A stretch of 63,798 bases of DNA, filler included, from Pelomyxa schiedti (GCA_020536535.1; 10 parts of 10 records of this genome joined end to end with filler, not necessarily neighbours in it), one strand, 5' to 3'. Shown: positions 25,146 through 39,100, numbered from the whole stretch's first letter. A program made the numbers and translations. The notes: a model not told the origin generated them from the sequence alone.

Positions 25146-25398
25146 GCTCTTTAACTTGTTCTTTCGAATTACTTGATTTTTTTGAAGTAAAAAAAAAAAG
25201 TGAACTTGATGGAAACTACCAGTTTTTCTTTCTGTGTTTGTTTGCTTTGGAATAGAGCCTTGCTTGGTGTTACTACCTATGGTTTCAGTAAAAAAATCAG
25301 AAAGTGAAGCAAAGGTTTTTTCTTTTTTTTATTTGCTCTTACATTCTTGGTGTTATGCTTGGGTTTAATATTTCTTTTTGGGGTAAGTGGAGCTTTGT

Positions 25399-28042
25399 TT
25401 AGTTATATGTGTTAAGGCCTCGGCAGAGCCGGCTTCTGAACCAATTGCTGTATGGTTGGTTCCAGTACCCACGGCCGAACCTGCAAAGGTTAGTTTCCGG
25501 CAGAAAATGAAGTGAAGTGGTACAATATGTCATGTTTTGGCCAGCCGGAAGTCATGCGGTCTCCACAATCCTTGCCTAGGGTTGCTAGAACAAGACCGTT
25601 GATTATAACAGAGTGATCGGTAACCTACAAAATTGTTAGTTCCACTGCACAGAACTCAATTGCATACATTCGGGCCTCCTTCCAGTTCAAAGTTGTACCA
25701 GCCCTCAACATAATGGGTTTCAACCGGCTTGATTTCAAATGGGTGAGTCCATTCACCAGACGCAAATACTGGGTGGCCGGTTGTCAAACCTATCCTTGGA
25801 ATAAGAAAACAATTGTATGGTTGGCTGGAACTTACCCAAACCATTCAAGAAAATAACTTTAGTTTCAGCCATAACTGGATCATAGGAAATACGAGTTATC
25901 CTCCTGGAAGAGCCGGTCTCAGTTGTGATCTCATCTCCAACTGTGATGTCCGCAACTTTTCTTTTTTTTTTTTTTTTAAAGAGGAAATTAGGTTAAATTT
26001 AGGAGACAAGTACAAAGGAGTGTACTTAGTGGAACCATCAGCCATTTGCACAATCCCATCCCCCAGGAAGCAGCTTGGCTGTCCAGGTTCCTCGACCTTC
26101 AGAGAGGTTATTGGAGTGCCAGAAGAAAAGCATAAATCACCTGAGTGATGAGAGAAGCATCTGGTTCTCCCCACCTGCGGATAATTTCGGCCTTGGCTCT
26201 GTCTCGCTCTTCGTCAGAGTTCAAGTAAGGGCCTCTATCGTAACCTCTTGACGGACCAAGTCCGTAGCCAATTCTATGTAAAGATAGCTTTCTGTCTACA
26301 TTGTACCTCTCTAGAAATTGATGAGGGGGTGAGGGCAGAAACAGGTACATACTATTTACTTTGGGGTCAGCAATCAGTAGCTGTTCTCTCCATGATGGCA
26401 AGGAAAGCTTTCGAATAGGGGGGTCACAGAAATATTGGCATAATAGTTTGGCTGCCTCCTCGGGGAGGGTACAATTATTGTAGTCCGGAATTGGAGTTTG
26501 AAAACGCCGGGAAACCAAGGACATTGTACATAGGGAGTGTACTGCCTCGTCAGCAAAAATCTTGCTACAGTGAGAAAGTAGCATTACATGGAAAAGAATA
26601 CAATGTCGCCATGACACTCACAGCGGCAGTGCCGCAGAAGGTGGGTCAGTATGAACAGCAGTAATTCATTTGGCAGCGTTGTTAGCCTATCTCTGGGAGG
26701 ATATTATTATTCTATTACAGGCTGGAATTCATGTGATACTTGGGAGTAGGATCTGATTTCACGAAGAACATTCTGGTATCTGCGGCGTATCCATAGTGGC
26801 AACTGGGTACTGAGGGCCGGCAGAATGAAAGGTCTCCCAACAGTCTGCACAAGGATGTTAGCTATGGAGGTGTATTCGAGTCTCTTACTTGACACGTTTT
26901 TCTATCCCAGTTTTCCTGTATTTCTGACGCAATCTAATGACATCGACGTAAGACACCCATACATCTCCAGAGCCAGGTGGCAAACGAACTAATGAATTGA
27001 CGTCAGATTTCTTATTTCCTTCCTCGCACAGGTTTTTAGCGGTGATGAAAAGATTGCACTCTTTTGTGCTGAATGGGATAAATGCCCCAGGTCCTAGGTA
27101 TTGATATTAACAGCTACGGTCAATCAACTTTTCCATACCAGCTGGATCTATCCAAAACCACGCGGGAGGAGGAGAAGCCAAATAACGTCGGATCATGTTG
27201 AGGAAATTGATGTTCGCCTTGGCATCCCACAGAGTTCCATACGAAACATCCTCTACTTGTATTACAATCCTGTGCGCCATTCGCATAAGCAAGTGAATTT
27301 GGGTGTTGGGTGCAGGGACAGTAAGGGTCGCCGGTTCACTCACCGCTTTGGGAATCAGTTAAAACGGCAGGAAGAGAACAAATAAAAGCATACGTTGCTC
27401 AGCAGTGGTTTCTTGAGCCACAGAAGAGGAGCCAGAAGGTATTCTCTTGTTCAAAGCAGCAGTAGTGAAGACAAAAACACCGCCCAAATAATCGCACAAT
27501 ACGAGTTTATCCAAGGGAACCCCTTCCTCACAATACAACCACTCAGCTGCCTGCTGGACTGCACGCACTCCAACATCGTCAATTCCATGTGGGCTCGCTA
27601 TATACAAACGCTGTTACTGAATAGTGATAATATATCTAAAATAAACACAGCCATAGGCGAAATATTCCGAGTTCACAATGACTTAATTTAATTGTGTAGT
27701 TTTGTTATTTAAATTAAACACATTCTAAATGTATAAAATAAAAATATATATAAACATAAATATTCTCCAAAAACTAAAATAATGGCACTCGTTACCTGCA
27801 GGTTCGCCGGTTCCGCCATCAACGGCAGAAGGAGGAGGAGGAACAAGGTAGAGCTTCGCGGGGGCGGTGGGCGCGGGGCAGGACAGGGACGCGGGGATGG
27901 GGGGCTTGAGGGCGTCGCTGGGCGCGAGCAGGTGCAGGGTGACGAGGTGGCCCGGAGGCGGCGGGTGGAACTCCGCCTGGTGCGACGCCCGCAGCTCCCC
28001 TGGCTGCCGTGTCCCGTATCGGTGACGCCAGAACGCGTACAT
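25399..28042 (-). CDS. WWE - F-box - Hint/Vint fusion protein, multi-exon
   Basis: Phase-consistent GT-AG splicing gives AWFWIDPAG..FIPFSTKEC...YVDVIRLRQKYRKTGIEKRV (WWE), LTTLPNELLLFILTHLLRHCRLHSLCTMSLVSRRF (F-box), SCFLGDGIVQMADGSTKKVADITVGDEI, LTTGHPV, GWYNFEL and HSVIINGLVLATLG (Hint/Vint). The start and the last exon are less certain. Confidence 0.8.
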
Positions 28043-28368
28043 TGCTATGTGCTGTGTATGTGTGTTGGTTAATTAATGGTTGCTTACTTTTTTCGCTTTC
28101 AAACAAGTAACAAAAAAACCGAACGTTTGGTGAGTTCAGGGAACAGATTTGGAATGTTGTCCTCTGGTATTCAGAACGGCCCCTTCGACTTCTCATCAGA
28201 AGTACTGCACCTCATGCCTCATTCCGAATCCTCTTTTCTGAACCCGCAGGAAAGGTCTTGCCTGATCAACAACGTATCAAACGAAATCTTTTTAGTTGCG
28301 GAGGTGGTGAGAGCCTGCGAAACTTGCTTTTTCCCACAAGTGACACACAGCGGGGGTGGTACCCATAA

Positions 28369-30173
28369 ATGTACACAGGTGACGACGAGCGGCCGTTCAG
28401 GGCACCACCTAGGCCTGATGCCGCGCCCCCGACTACGTCGCCGTCCTCACCACAAACGGGAACAGGCACTCACGAGAAAAGATGGTCCATGGGGGGATAC
28501 CGCAGCAGGGGCCCACAACAACAACAACTACAACAGCAACCACCATCTGACACTTGTACTGTTGGTTGTAGTGTTAGGATCTTTCTTTTTTTTCTTTTTT
28601 TCCTTTTTTTTCTTTTTTTTCCTTTTTTTAAATCAAAATGAGTTAAGGCATTGAAACCAGTTGTCGTTTTATTTTTAAGATTAAATGTCAAGCTAACGTT
28701 AAAACAGAATCAGAAGAGCTGAGGCTACTCAAGCAAGAACTGGAGGCAATGAAGAAAAAGGCACTTGAAGGGGAGAGGGCGTCACTTGAAACTCGTCGGA
28801 AGATGCTTATCGCCGCCGGGAAGAACTTCAAGCGCAAATTCTGCCGGTTCCGCAGCGGGGAGATGGCGCTCGTGGACCTCTACCGTCTGAACCTCGAAAC
28901 AGCAATATACCTTGGAGGCGGATCCAATGGGTATGTCAGCAGCGTCGCAGTCCTACCGCAAGTAACCAATGTGGTGACAATTACGCCGCAGCCGGTGGAG
29001 ACTGGGAGGAGGGTGGCTCTCAAGATGATGATCAATTATTCCGCTGGGATGCATACCAAGCAACAAAGGGCCTTTTATGACAGGGAAGCGCAGGTAGGGC
29101 TCATCTATCCGCACTGGTGTTTCTGCAACGTCTTCAGTACGTTCAGAGCTGAAACGAAGCTGTGCCTCATCCAAGCTAAGAAAAATTTCGTTCTCATCAA
29201 TGAGAACCTACAGTGCGTCGATCCTTCGAACTGCTGCAACAGTGAAACGGGAATTCCTGTTTTCAACAGAACGACATACATTACCATGGAGCTTGGGAAA
29301 TACACCTTGGAGTCTGCAGTTGCACTGACGTTCCACAGGTGTGGTACCACCAAACCTGACACAGGAGTACTCCCGCTGAGCTGTGACAAACTCGTCGAGC
29401 TTTCCTTTTGCCTACTGTGTGCCTGCAACCACCTGAACTCCAGAGGCTGGTTCCATTGTGATATCAAACTTGACAACGTTCTGGCAATGGAACGGTCTGG
29501 TGTGACTGGTCAGTTTTGGGCGCTCTGCGATTTCGGAACCTCACTATTCTCCCCCAATGGGGAGTTCCAGTTTGCTCACAACGAAAGCTTTGAAGGAAAT
29601 TCAATGAACCGAGCCCCGGAGTGCTACACTCCAGAGCAGCTGCCTTCAGGAGCCCACAAATACATCCTGAAAAAGAATGACGTTTGGGCCATCGGCTGCG
29701 TTCTCTATGAGGCCGTCTGTGGGCAACATCCGTACTACAGGGTAAATCAAATTGACTATACCTTGCTGGTACCCAGAACATTAGGGCCTTTCACCGTCCC
29801 ATCACCACAGAGAGAGTCCAATCCGGAAGTATCAGCACTCGCCTCATACCTCCTTGAACGAGACCACACCAAAAGACCTTACGCAAAGCAAGCAATGCTA
29901 GTGAGCGGGGCACTCATGTTTATCCCGCGGGAGTCACTCTTACAGTTCGCCGTATATCAAAACAAACCGGCCTTGCACTCTCAGATATGGGCTATACACG
30001 AATCCAACGTTTCGGCAATGGAGGCGTGTGTAGCGACCAACACACCGCCAACTGTCCGGCAGCTGTCATCGCTTGTTTTCACCAACGAGGCTCTCAAGGA
30101 CCTTGAACTCTTCACTTCTTGCTTGCTTCATTTCCTGGAAATATTCCACAGTGCCCTCCGAACTCGCCACTGA
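28369..30173 (+). CDS. Divergent Ser/Thr protein kinase with a short coiled coil
   Basis: LGGGSNGYV, VALKMM, HCDIKLDNV, CDFG, RAPE and DVWAIG in ORF 28749-30173. A probable upstream exon starts at 28369. Confidence 0.85.
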
Positions 30174-30434
30174 AGAGAACCAACGTAACACAACATATTA
30201 TACGAGATTCCCAATTCGCAACTAACCATACATACAAATACAGAATGACTTTTAAATGACCGGCTTTGCAACTTCACACCGGGATCGGATCCTTTCACAC
30301 TGCCGGATGCATATTGCATGGCCCGGAATAATCACGCGCCGGTGTTAGTCACTGGAACTAAATCCCCCCGCCGGCACCATGATCTCACACAACCTCACCA
30401 TCAAGTCGGAACACCAACAAAAACAAAAATTTTC

Positions 30435-30507
30435 TGGAGGTGGAGGGTTTCGATCCCCCTGCCTCTCGTATGCAAAACGAGCGCTCTACCAATTGAGCTA
30501 CACCCCC
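30435..30507 (-). tRNA. trnA-UGC: tRNA-Ala(UGC)
   Basis: 73-nt cloverleaf: acceptor GGGGGTG/CACCTCC with G3:U70, D-arm TAGCTCAATTGGTAGAGC, anticodon loop TTTGCAT, T-loop ATCGAAA. Confidence 0.96.
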
Positions 30508-30553
30508 GGCCATTTCTGAAGAACAAAAAAATCACCCGCCCGCAGCATCTGAG

Positions 30554-33004
30554 CTATGGAAATTGATCTGTTTTAGGGTGGAGCAAAGCCTTTGCCTCGG
30601 TGGTGGTAACCCGTTTGGGTTTTTCTGGGTTCATCATCCCGATGAGCACAGATGACCTGAAGATGACCTCCTGGTCATGCTGTGATGTAGCTATTGTGGG
30701 TTCTGTTGCTGCTGTGCCTGGCGGGAGTGGGAATGATTCCTGAAGTTTCGTGGTATTGAACTGACTCATATCCATGAACAACGGCGTGGTGTTCCCAATG
30801 AACCTGTGTGATTGTGGCAGGAGTGCATTGTAGAATGTGAGAGCGAGGGCAAATGAGTCACACTTGGAGTAGGAAATTGTTGCAGCAGTTCCATCAGAAT
30901 TGCGGAGTGTGCTGAGCTCCGGTGGCATTGTTTCTGTGTTTCCCCAAATGGGTGGTTGTGCAGAAACTGGAAGAATCATCTGCGTGTTGTTCCTGCCACA
31001 GTGCAACGCGTGGCTAAAGCCTCTCAATGTGAGTTTCCTGGTGTCTGGGTGCACCAGGATGTTTTCTTCTTTGATGTCTCTGACTTTTTTGTGAGTGTAA
31101 TTTTTGGCGGGGAAGAAAAGAAGAACCTGTGAACAATACAATGTGACTCAAGGTGGTGGACAGCCTCAAGTGCCTGCAGAAAGAGGTCCACTGCAACTCC
31201 AACCAAAGAGGAAGGTTCAAAGAGGGTGAGGAATGCTGAAAGAGTGATGCCACAATAAGGCATGAGAATCCCAAGTGCCTTGTTGTTGCTGTTGGTTGGT
31301 GAACCCTCAGTGGGAAGAAGTTGTTCCATGAAGGAAGCAGGTAATCTGTACCTATTTAAGACCGTAAGTAGGTGCTAAAACAAGCAATCTTATGTTGCAA
31401 GGTACCTTGGAATCACAATGGCACCAAGTGGGCAAATAACATTGGGATGATGAGGAATCAAAGAAAGATTCATGCACTCTGCAAAGAACTGACGTCGCTG
31501 CCGTGTTGGCGTAGGTGTATTTTCCCAGTTAAAGTGAACCTTCATTACCATTTCTTGCTGCAATTCCTGATCACCACCTGAACTGCTGGAGTTTGGTTGC
31601 CTATTGTATTGCACAATGAATGTAGCTGACTTGTTTGCGTTTTCAACAACAAGTAGCCGCTTCAATATGAAGTTGGAAATATCAGCCGAGATCATTGAAG
31701 TCATAGTTTGAATTAGGCCTTGCATCTAGGTTGAATGGGTCATTGAATAAAATTTATAATTCAATTGAGTTTAATTTAAAATTGTAATACAATTACAGGT
31801 AAACCTGCTCATCATGAACTGTGAGTTCCCCCAACTGTTTGTTCAAGGCCTGAACTTGCTGTCTCAAGAGTTGGACCTGAAGCTGGGCAGTACCTCTGTT
31901 GCCGAGGCAAGCGGCCTTGTCCAATCACTCAAGTGCCTGACTCACGTTCTGTTCAACACCATCACCCTTGCTGAGACAGACGGCAAGGTGAAACATTGCA
32001 ACTGGGTCTCCAGCATCAGCACCCATCTGGAAAAATGAAGCAACAATCCTGTCAGCAGGAGTACCCACGAACTTTTGGTAACACAGCCCCAGCTCGCCGA
32101 ATGCCTCTCTCCCACCACTCTCTTTTGATTCAGCTTCCTGATTTGCCCTGTTGTACAACTCCCTTGCCTTGTTTGGATTTGGCATGAACGCACCCCCGTC
32201 ACCCCTCTCATGGCAGTTCCCAAGGAAAACCATGCACCTCCCATTGCCCGCATTTGCAGGACCACTCAGCATCGAAATGGCCTTCCCCATGTCCCTTTCC
32301 ACGCCGCACCCACACGAATAGCACCACGCCACATAAGCCACTGCATCCCTTGAGCTCGACTGATTGAACGTGATCAAAGCCCTCTCCACGTCCCTCTCCA
32401 CGCCCACCCCCCACAGATAGCACACGCCAAGCCGCACACTCGATTTAGCAGCACCTGCAGCCCTGTTGTACAGTGACACCGCCCTGCTTGGGTCACACCT
32501 CACCCCGATCCCGTTCTGATAGCACCACCCAAGCTCACACATCGCCCTGCTGCTTCCCATATCCACAGCCTCGCCCAGCAACCCCACAAACTCGTCCCAC
32601 ACATCCCCACCACCAACACCAACAGCAACACCACAGCCGCCACCACCACCTGATTCCACAACACATGAACATAAGTTCGTAGGCATGATCATCATCTTCT
32701 TCTTCTTGTGCAGCATGGCCACGGAGTAGACACCGTCGCCGTGGTTTGCGTCGCGGTACAGCTGCAGGGCCTTGGCTGGGTCGGCGCAGTGAGTGGCCAC
32801 TTCGCACATGTAGTAATCGGCCAGAGCCACGCGGGACGGTGAGTGGCCCCAGTGTTCGGAGGCCGAGCCCCAGAGCGCCAGGGCGTGGCCGACGTCGACG
32901 GGGTGGCCACCCCAGCCTCGGTAGAACTTGACAGCGAGGCTGTACATGGCCTCAGGATCCCTGAGTTCCGCTTTGCGATGCAATTCTGCAGTGTTGCCCC
33001 CCAT
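30554..33004 (-). pseudogene. Sel1-repeat - coiled coil - kinase-like gene with one in-frame TGA
   Basis: Many Sel1 repeats, then QALE*LDKAA (TGA at 31925-31927 where Trp is expected). The frame stays open and splices to a kinase domain (VMKV, HHPNVI, HR/DIKEENIL, MPPEL) in which DFG is replaced by RGF. Confidence 0.7.
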
Positions 33005-33181
33005 GACCTGTGTTGCGGGTTAAATCAAAACTTTCCTGGTGATGATTGCGTGACGAGGTGGTCTGGGGTGCTGCAGAGTAAGGTAGTAACTACAATGGTG
33101 ATTAGTAACCTGAATACACCACCATTTGGCCTCAAGCCTGTTGACTCCACTATCTTTGAAGCAAAAACTTGATTAAGAACT

Positions 33182-36100
33182 ATGAGGAGGGCAACAACTT
33201 TGTCACAGTCACGCAAGGGGCCACGCGTGGGACCCCCCCAGGCGTGGTTCCGTGCCGCGGACGATGGCGACACCGACGCACTGCGGCGCCATCTGGCCGG
33301 CGACCGCGACATACTAAACTCTGTCAACCACGAACAACAACGAGTGGTGAGTGCAATGCGTAACAACTCCCTTTTTCTTCCGACACGATAATGACTCGTT
33401 CTCGCCGCCACACACACACACACAGACAGCGTTGCATTTTGCCACGTGTAGCGGGCAACCGAAGTGCGTCGAGTTCCTGCTGTCAATGAATATCGACGTG
33501 AATTCTCAGGTATGAGGGCCCTTATTTTGTAGGCACTCACAAATTTGTATCTCTCACTTCACAGATTGTGTGTAATATCCATCTTGATTATGTTTTCATT
33601 CCCTTTCCTCTAACACATAAATCCAGGGGTACCTTGTACGTACTGCCAACTCTCAATCCTTTCATTGCGTTTATTCATCAATTTCTGACTGGCTTCAATT
33701 TATCTCTCTTTGCTTCACTCTCTGTGGCATGTTTAGGATGTGTGTAACTGCTCCCACCCCTTTTTTATTGCGTTTATTCATCAGTTTCTGACTGGCTTCA
33801 ATTTATATCTCTTTGCTTCACTCTCTGTGGCATGTTTAGTATGTGTGTAACTGCTCTCATCCCTTTTTTATTGCGTTTATTCATCAGTTTCTGACTTGAT
33901 TCAATTTATATCTCTTTGCTTCACTCTCTGTGGCATGTTTAGGATGTGCGTAACTGCTCTCATCCCTTTTTTATTGCGTTTATTCATCAATTTATGACTC
34001 ATCCCTTTTTTATTGCATTTATTCATCAATTTCTGACTGGCTTCAATTTATCTCTCTTTGCTTTGCTCTCTGTGGCATGTTTAGGAGGTGTGTAACTGCT
34101 CTCAACCCTTTTTTATTGCGTTTATTCATCAGTTTCTGACTTGCTCCAATTTCTCTCTCTTTGCTTCACTCTCTGTGGCATGTTTAGGATGTGTGTAACT
34201 GCTCTCATCCCTTTTTTATTGCGTTTATTCATCAATTTATGACTTGATTCAATTTATCTCTCTCTGCTTCACTCTCTGTGGCATGTTTAGATTGTGTGTA
34301 ACTGCTCTCATCCCTTTTTTATTGCGTTTATTCATCAATTTATGACTTGATTCAATTTATCTCTCTTTGCTTCACTCTCTGTGGCATGTTTAGATTGTGT
34401 GTAACTGCTCCCATCCCTTTTTTATTGCATTTATTCATCAATTTCTGATTGGCTTCAATTTATCTCTCTTTGCTTTGCTCTCTGTGGCATGTTTAGATTG
34501 TGTGTAACTGCTCTCATCCCTTTTTTATTGCGTTTATTCATCAGTTTCTGACTTGATTCAATTTATATCTCTTTGCTTCACTCTCTGTGGCATATTTAGG
34601 ATGTGCGTAACTGCTCTCAACCCTTTTTTATTGCATTTATTCATCAATTTATGACGATTCAATTTATCTCTCTCTGCTTCACTCTCTGTGGCATGTTTAG
34701 CTTGTGTGTATCCACTCCCATCCCTTTTTTATTGCATTTATTCATCAATTTCTGACTGGCTTCAATTTATCTCTCTTTGCTCCACTCTCTGTGGCATGTT
34801 TAGGATGTGTGTAACTGCTCTCATCCCTTTTTTATTGCATTTATTCATCAATTTATGACGATTCAATTTATCTCTCTTTGCTTCACTCTCTGTGGCATGT
34901 TTAGTATGTGTGTAACTGCTCTCAACCCTTTTTTATTGCGTTTATTCATCAGTTTCTGACTTTATTCAATTTATCTCTCTTTGATTCACTCTCTGTGGCA
35001 TGTTTAGCTTGTGTGTAACTGCTCCCATCCCTTTTTTATTGTATTTATTCATCAATTTCTGACTGGCTTCAATTTATCTCTCTTTGCTCCACTCTCTGTG
35101 GCATGTTTAGTATGTGTGTAACTGCTCTCATCCCCTTTTTATTGCGTTTATTCATCAATTTATGACTTTATTCAATTTATATCTCTTTGCTTCACTCTCT
35201 GTGGCATGTTTAGATTGTGTGTAACTGCTCTCAACCCTTTTTTGTTGCATTTATTCATCAATTTATGACTTTCTTCAATTTATCTCTCTTTGCTTCACTA
35301 TGTGGCATGTTTAGCTTGTGTGTAACTGCTCTCATCCCTTTTTTATTGCGTTTATTCATCAATTTCTGACTTGAATCAATTTCTCTCTGCAACACTTTCT
35401 CTCATTTTTCTCCCTATCATTGGACAATTGGATCCTTTTATTTGCCATAAGGGAGTAAGTACTCCTGACAGCTTTTTTTTTGTTCTAACTTTCCGCGATT
35501 TTTATGATATTTTGCACTGCTGCAGATTGTATACTCCACTCCTTGAATTTTTCCTGTGCTTACCTTGTTATTTTTCAGGAAGTACAACATTTTTTTTCTT
35601 GTTCTTGTTGTTACTCATATATCTTTTGGGGGGTCTCTTTCAAATTGAAAGGGTGATGTACGGCCACCCCTCCCAATGTCCTTTGTTTTCTTTCCTTTAT
35701 TTTATGCTTGACACAAAACTTAATTTTCGTCTCCCTCTCTCTCAGACCGCGCTTCATCTTGCTTGCAGGCGCGGAAACGTTACAATTGTGAAACGACTTC
35801 TGTCTTGTGTGGGTATTGGCACTCACATCAAGGTTGTTTCACACCCGCCCCGCCCCTTGTTTGATTGATATTGTTGTAATTTTCCTGTCGGAACAGAACA
35901 AGGAGGGAAAAACAGCACTTGAGTGCTCGAAAAATGATCATGTGCGTCAAGTGTTCCAAGCTGTGTGTTCAGCCACAACATCAGCAACAACACAGGCAGT
36001 CACCACTCCCAAAACAGCCCAACAACAGCCATATCTGATACCACCCTCTGCTCCAAACAAGCCATCACCATCATCCACCCCACCAAAACCACAGCCACAA

Positions 36101-39100
36101 CCGACCGCAACTGTGGGAGCAACAGCAAGACCAACCACAACAACCATGGCTCTTGACGAAGAATGTGGTGACATCAACATCAACAGCAACAACGTCAGGA
36201 AACAAGAGAGAGACTGCTGGGAAATCAAGACAAAGCAGCTGAAGAGTTCAGTGAAAACCCCCTTCCCCAGCAAATGAAAATTGTTGCCAATAACGCACTT
36301 TTGTGTTCAAAAGATGAGATCACAAAACTGAAGGGAAGAATCACACAATTGGAGGAAGAAAACACAAAGAACCTGAATCTTCTCCACGAAGAAAGAAAAC
36401 AACATGTGTCCACTCGACAAAGAATTGAAGAAATGAAACGAATCTATGAAGAAAGAGAAAGAGACAACCAACAAAGATTTCGTGAGCTTCAACAACAATG
36501 TTTGTGGTCTCCTTTCCTCCTTCCTTCTCCTTTCAGATCTTCTTTTTTTGCGTTTCTCATCATCTCATTCATGTGGTGCACATAATCAAGGGAAACATAA
36601 TTCAGAGGTGTGTGTATGTGTGTATGTGTGCTTGTGTGCTTGTGTGCTTGTGTGCTTGTGTGCTTGTGTGCGTGTGTGTGTGTGCGTGTTTTGTTGTTTA
36701 ACAACATGCATCCACACACAGATGGAGCTCCAAAGGTTGCAAGAAAAAACCGTGTCCGACATGACTGCAAAGAACAAGGGTTTGAACACACCTCATCATT
36801 GGCTCCCTCCTCACTGAGGGTTTTTTTTCCCCCTTTTTCCAAAAACAGAACTCACGGAACTGGAGGCACACCTAACAACATTGGAGGAAGAAAGTGCAAA
36901 GAACCTGAAAATGTTTTGTGACGAGAGAGCATCTGACCAACAAAGATTTCGTGATCTCCAACACTGTTTGTGCTTGCTGCCCACTCAACACACACTCCAT
37001 CCCCTCCTTTTTTTCTCAACCCCACACACGACATACATGCAGTAATATAACAGCACCACACCAACTCAATTCTAATTCTGTCAATACAGACACAAATCAT
37101 GTGATGTCACATATTGAACAAGGAGAAGGCACGTGGCGCAACATTCTCCTCCCTGAAAACAATAATACCAATACCAACAACGGCTGCAAGCAATCGCAAC
37201 TCAGGATCGCGCTTGAGAACCTTCCCTCTTTTGATGAAATTGTGTGTGGATCCTGTCCCCTTCAAATGGTGGTTTCCTTCCTTTCTTTTCTTTTCTTGTG
37301 CAGCCTTCCCCCCTTTCTTCTTTTATTTCTCTTTCTCCGTTGTTTGCAATGTTTCTTCTAACTGGTTGTTTTGGTCAAAAAAAAGATTGTGAAGCTTATC
37401 GTTTCAAGGAAATTTGGAGTTGAACCAACACAACAAGTGATTTTCACCGTCAGTTCAGAAAACAACAACTCTGAGGAACTGCTGCCGACAGATTCATCCA
37501 TCACCTTGGGTGACATTCAACAACGACAGCAAGAACAACAACCAAACAGCGGCAGCAGAAACGGAGTTGTTGTTCAAATCAAGGTTCGAATCAAATCAAG
37601 CATGTCAATCCAAGAGAAAGACCTGAAAGTTGTTTCCACACTTGGAGTCGGATCCTATGGAACTGTCTTCAAGTGCACCTTCCATGATGATCACAACGCA
37701 ATGACCACTTCCTCCTCATCATCGTCATCTTCATCGGAAAGAACACCAACGTTTGTGGCAATCAAAGCACTTCACGAAGCCATCAAGTCTGAGTTCAACA
37801 TCATGAGATTTCAGCAGGAAGCTCTGGTGTGTGTGAGACGGGGGAGTTTCGTCTCTGATCATCTTGTGTTCTTAAAATTCACGATCCATCAACTCACCAT
37901 CAGCCACCGACACACAAACACAGGTTTCGTCAAGCTTGAGGCACCCAAACATTGTGAGATGCCTTGGAACATGCGTCACGAGCACAGGGTCACTCTGGAT
38001 CGTGTCTGAACTCATGGAAATGAGCCTCAGGCAGCTCCTTCATCATGTTTGTTTTTTGGCTCCCTCTTTTTCCTCTCCCACTTATTTTTGGTTGGACTCA
38101 ACTCCCTCAAATTGTAAATACGAATATACCAACCACACGATTATTAGAAAGATTTGACATTCATGGAAGTTGTGGCTGTTTCTTCCGGAATTGCCAAAGG
38201 AATGACTGCACTTCACAGGTTTCCTTCAATTTCAGTTCTTCTTTGCCACTCTTTTTGAAAATAATATATCAGATCGGCTTGCAAACAAAAAATATTGGCC
38301 AATACAAAAAAAAATAACAAACACACAGGAGGAACTACATGCACCGGGACCTGAGCAGCAACAATGTTCTCCTCGATTCTTGTGGAACTCCAAAAATATC
38401 TGACTTTGGTAATTTCTGCAATTGACACAGACACACGCACACACACACGTGCCTCAAACAATCAACTAACTCTCTCAATCCCAACTGAAAATGAAGGAGT
38501 ATCAAGAGCCCTCCAGCAGCACCAAATCGGCGGCGGGAGCAAAGCTCCTCCGATTGGGAGTTTCACAAACGGGGCCGGAACACCAATTTACTTGCCACCG
38601 CAGATGCACACTGGGCACTACGGAATTCAAGGTATTGCTTTGGATTGTTGTTGTGTTTGTTGATATGGTTTTCACTTAATTCCACACCACACACGAACAA
38701 ACACATTCAAAAGGAGACATGTGGGAGTTTGCAGTTTTGTTGAGTGAACTCCTTCAAGGCGAAGTTCCATCAGTCAAGATGCCCAAGTCCGGAGCCCAAG
38801 TGACAGAATTTATGAGGGTCCAGCGGGCAACACTCTCAGCCCCAGAAAATGCCGGTTGACAACAATAAAAGCCAAAAAACTCTCCCTGCGTCACGTCACG
38901 TCACCTCACGCACACACATACTCACACACGCACACACAGAAGTGGACCGGATTTGTGATGACGTTGGAGAATATCCCGTTGTGGAGTGCCTCAGCCGGAA
39001 GATTGCGATCATTTCCGCGTTGCGTTCTGAGCCCAAGATGAACAACAACGTGCACCGCGCGTGCGTTGGTCTGTTCTCTCTCGTTGTCGAATCCTGCCTC

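Noticed and set aside
33652-35390. CRISPR-like array
   Set aside because: The units are contiguous with no unique spacers, lie in a eukaryotic intron, and no cas genes are present.
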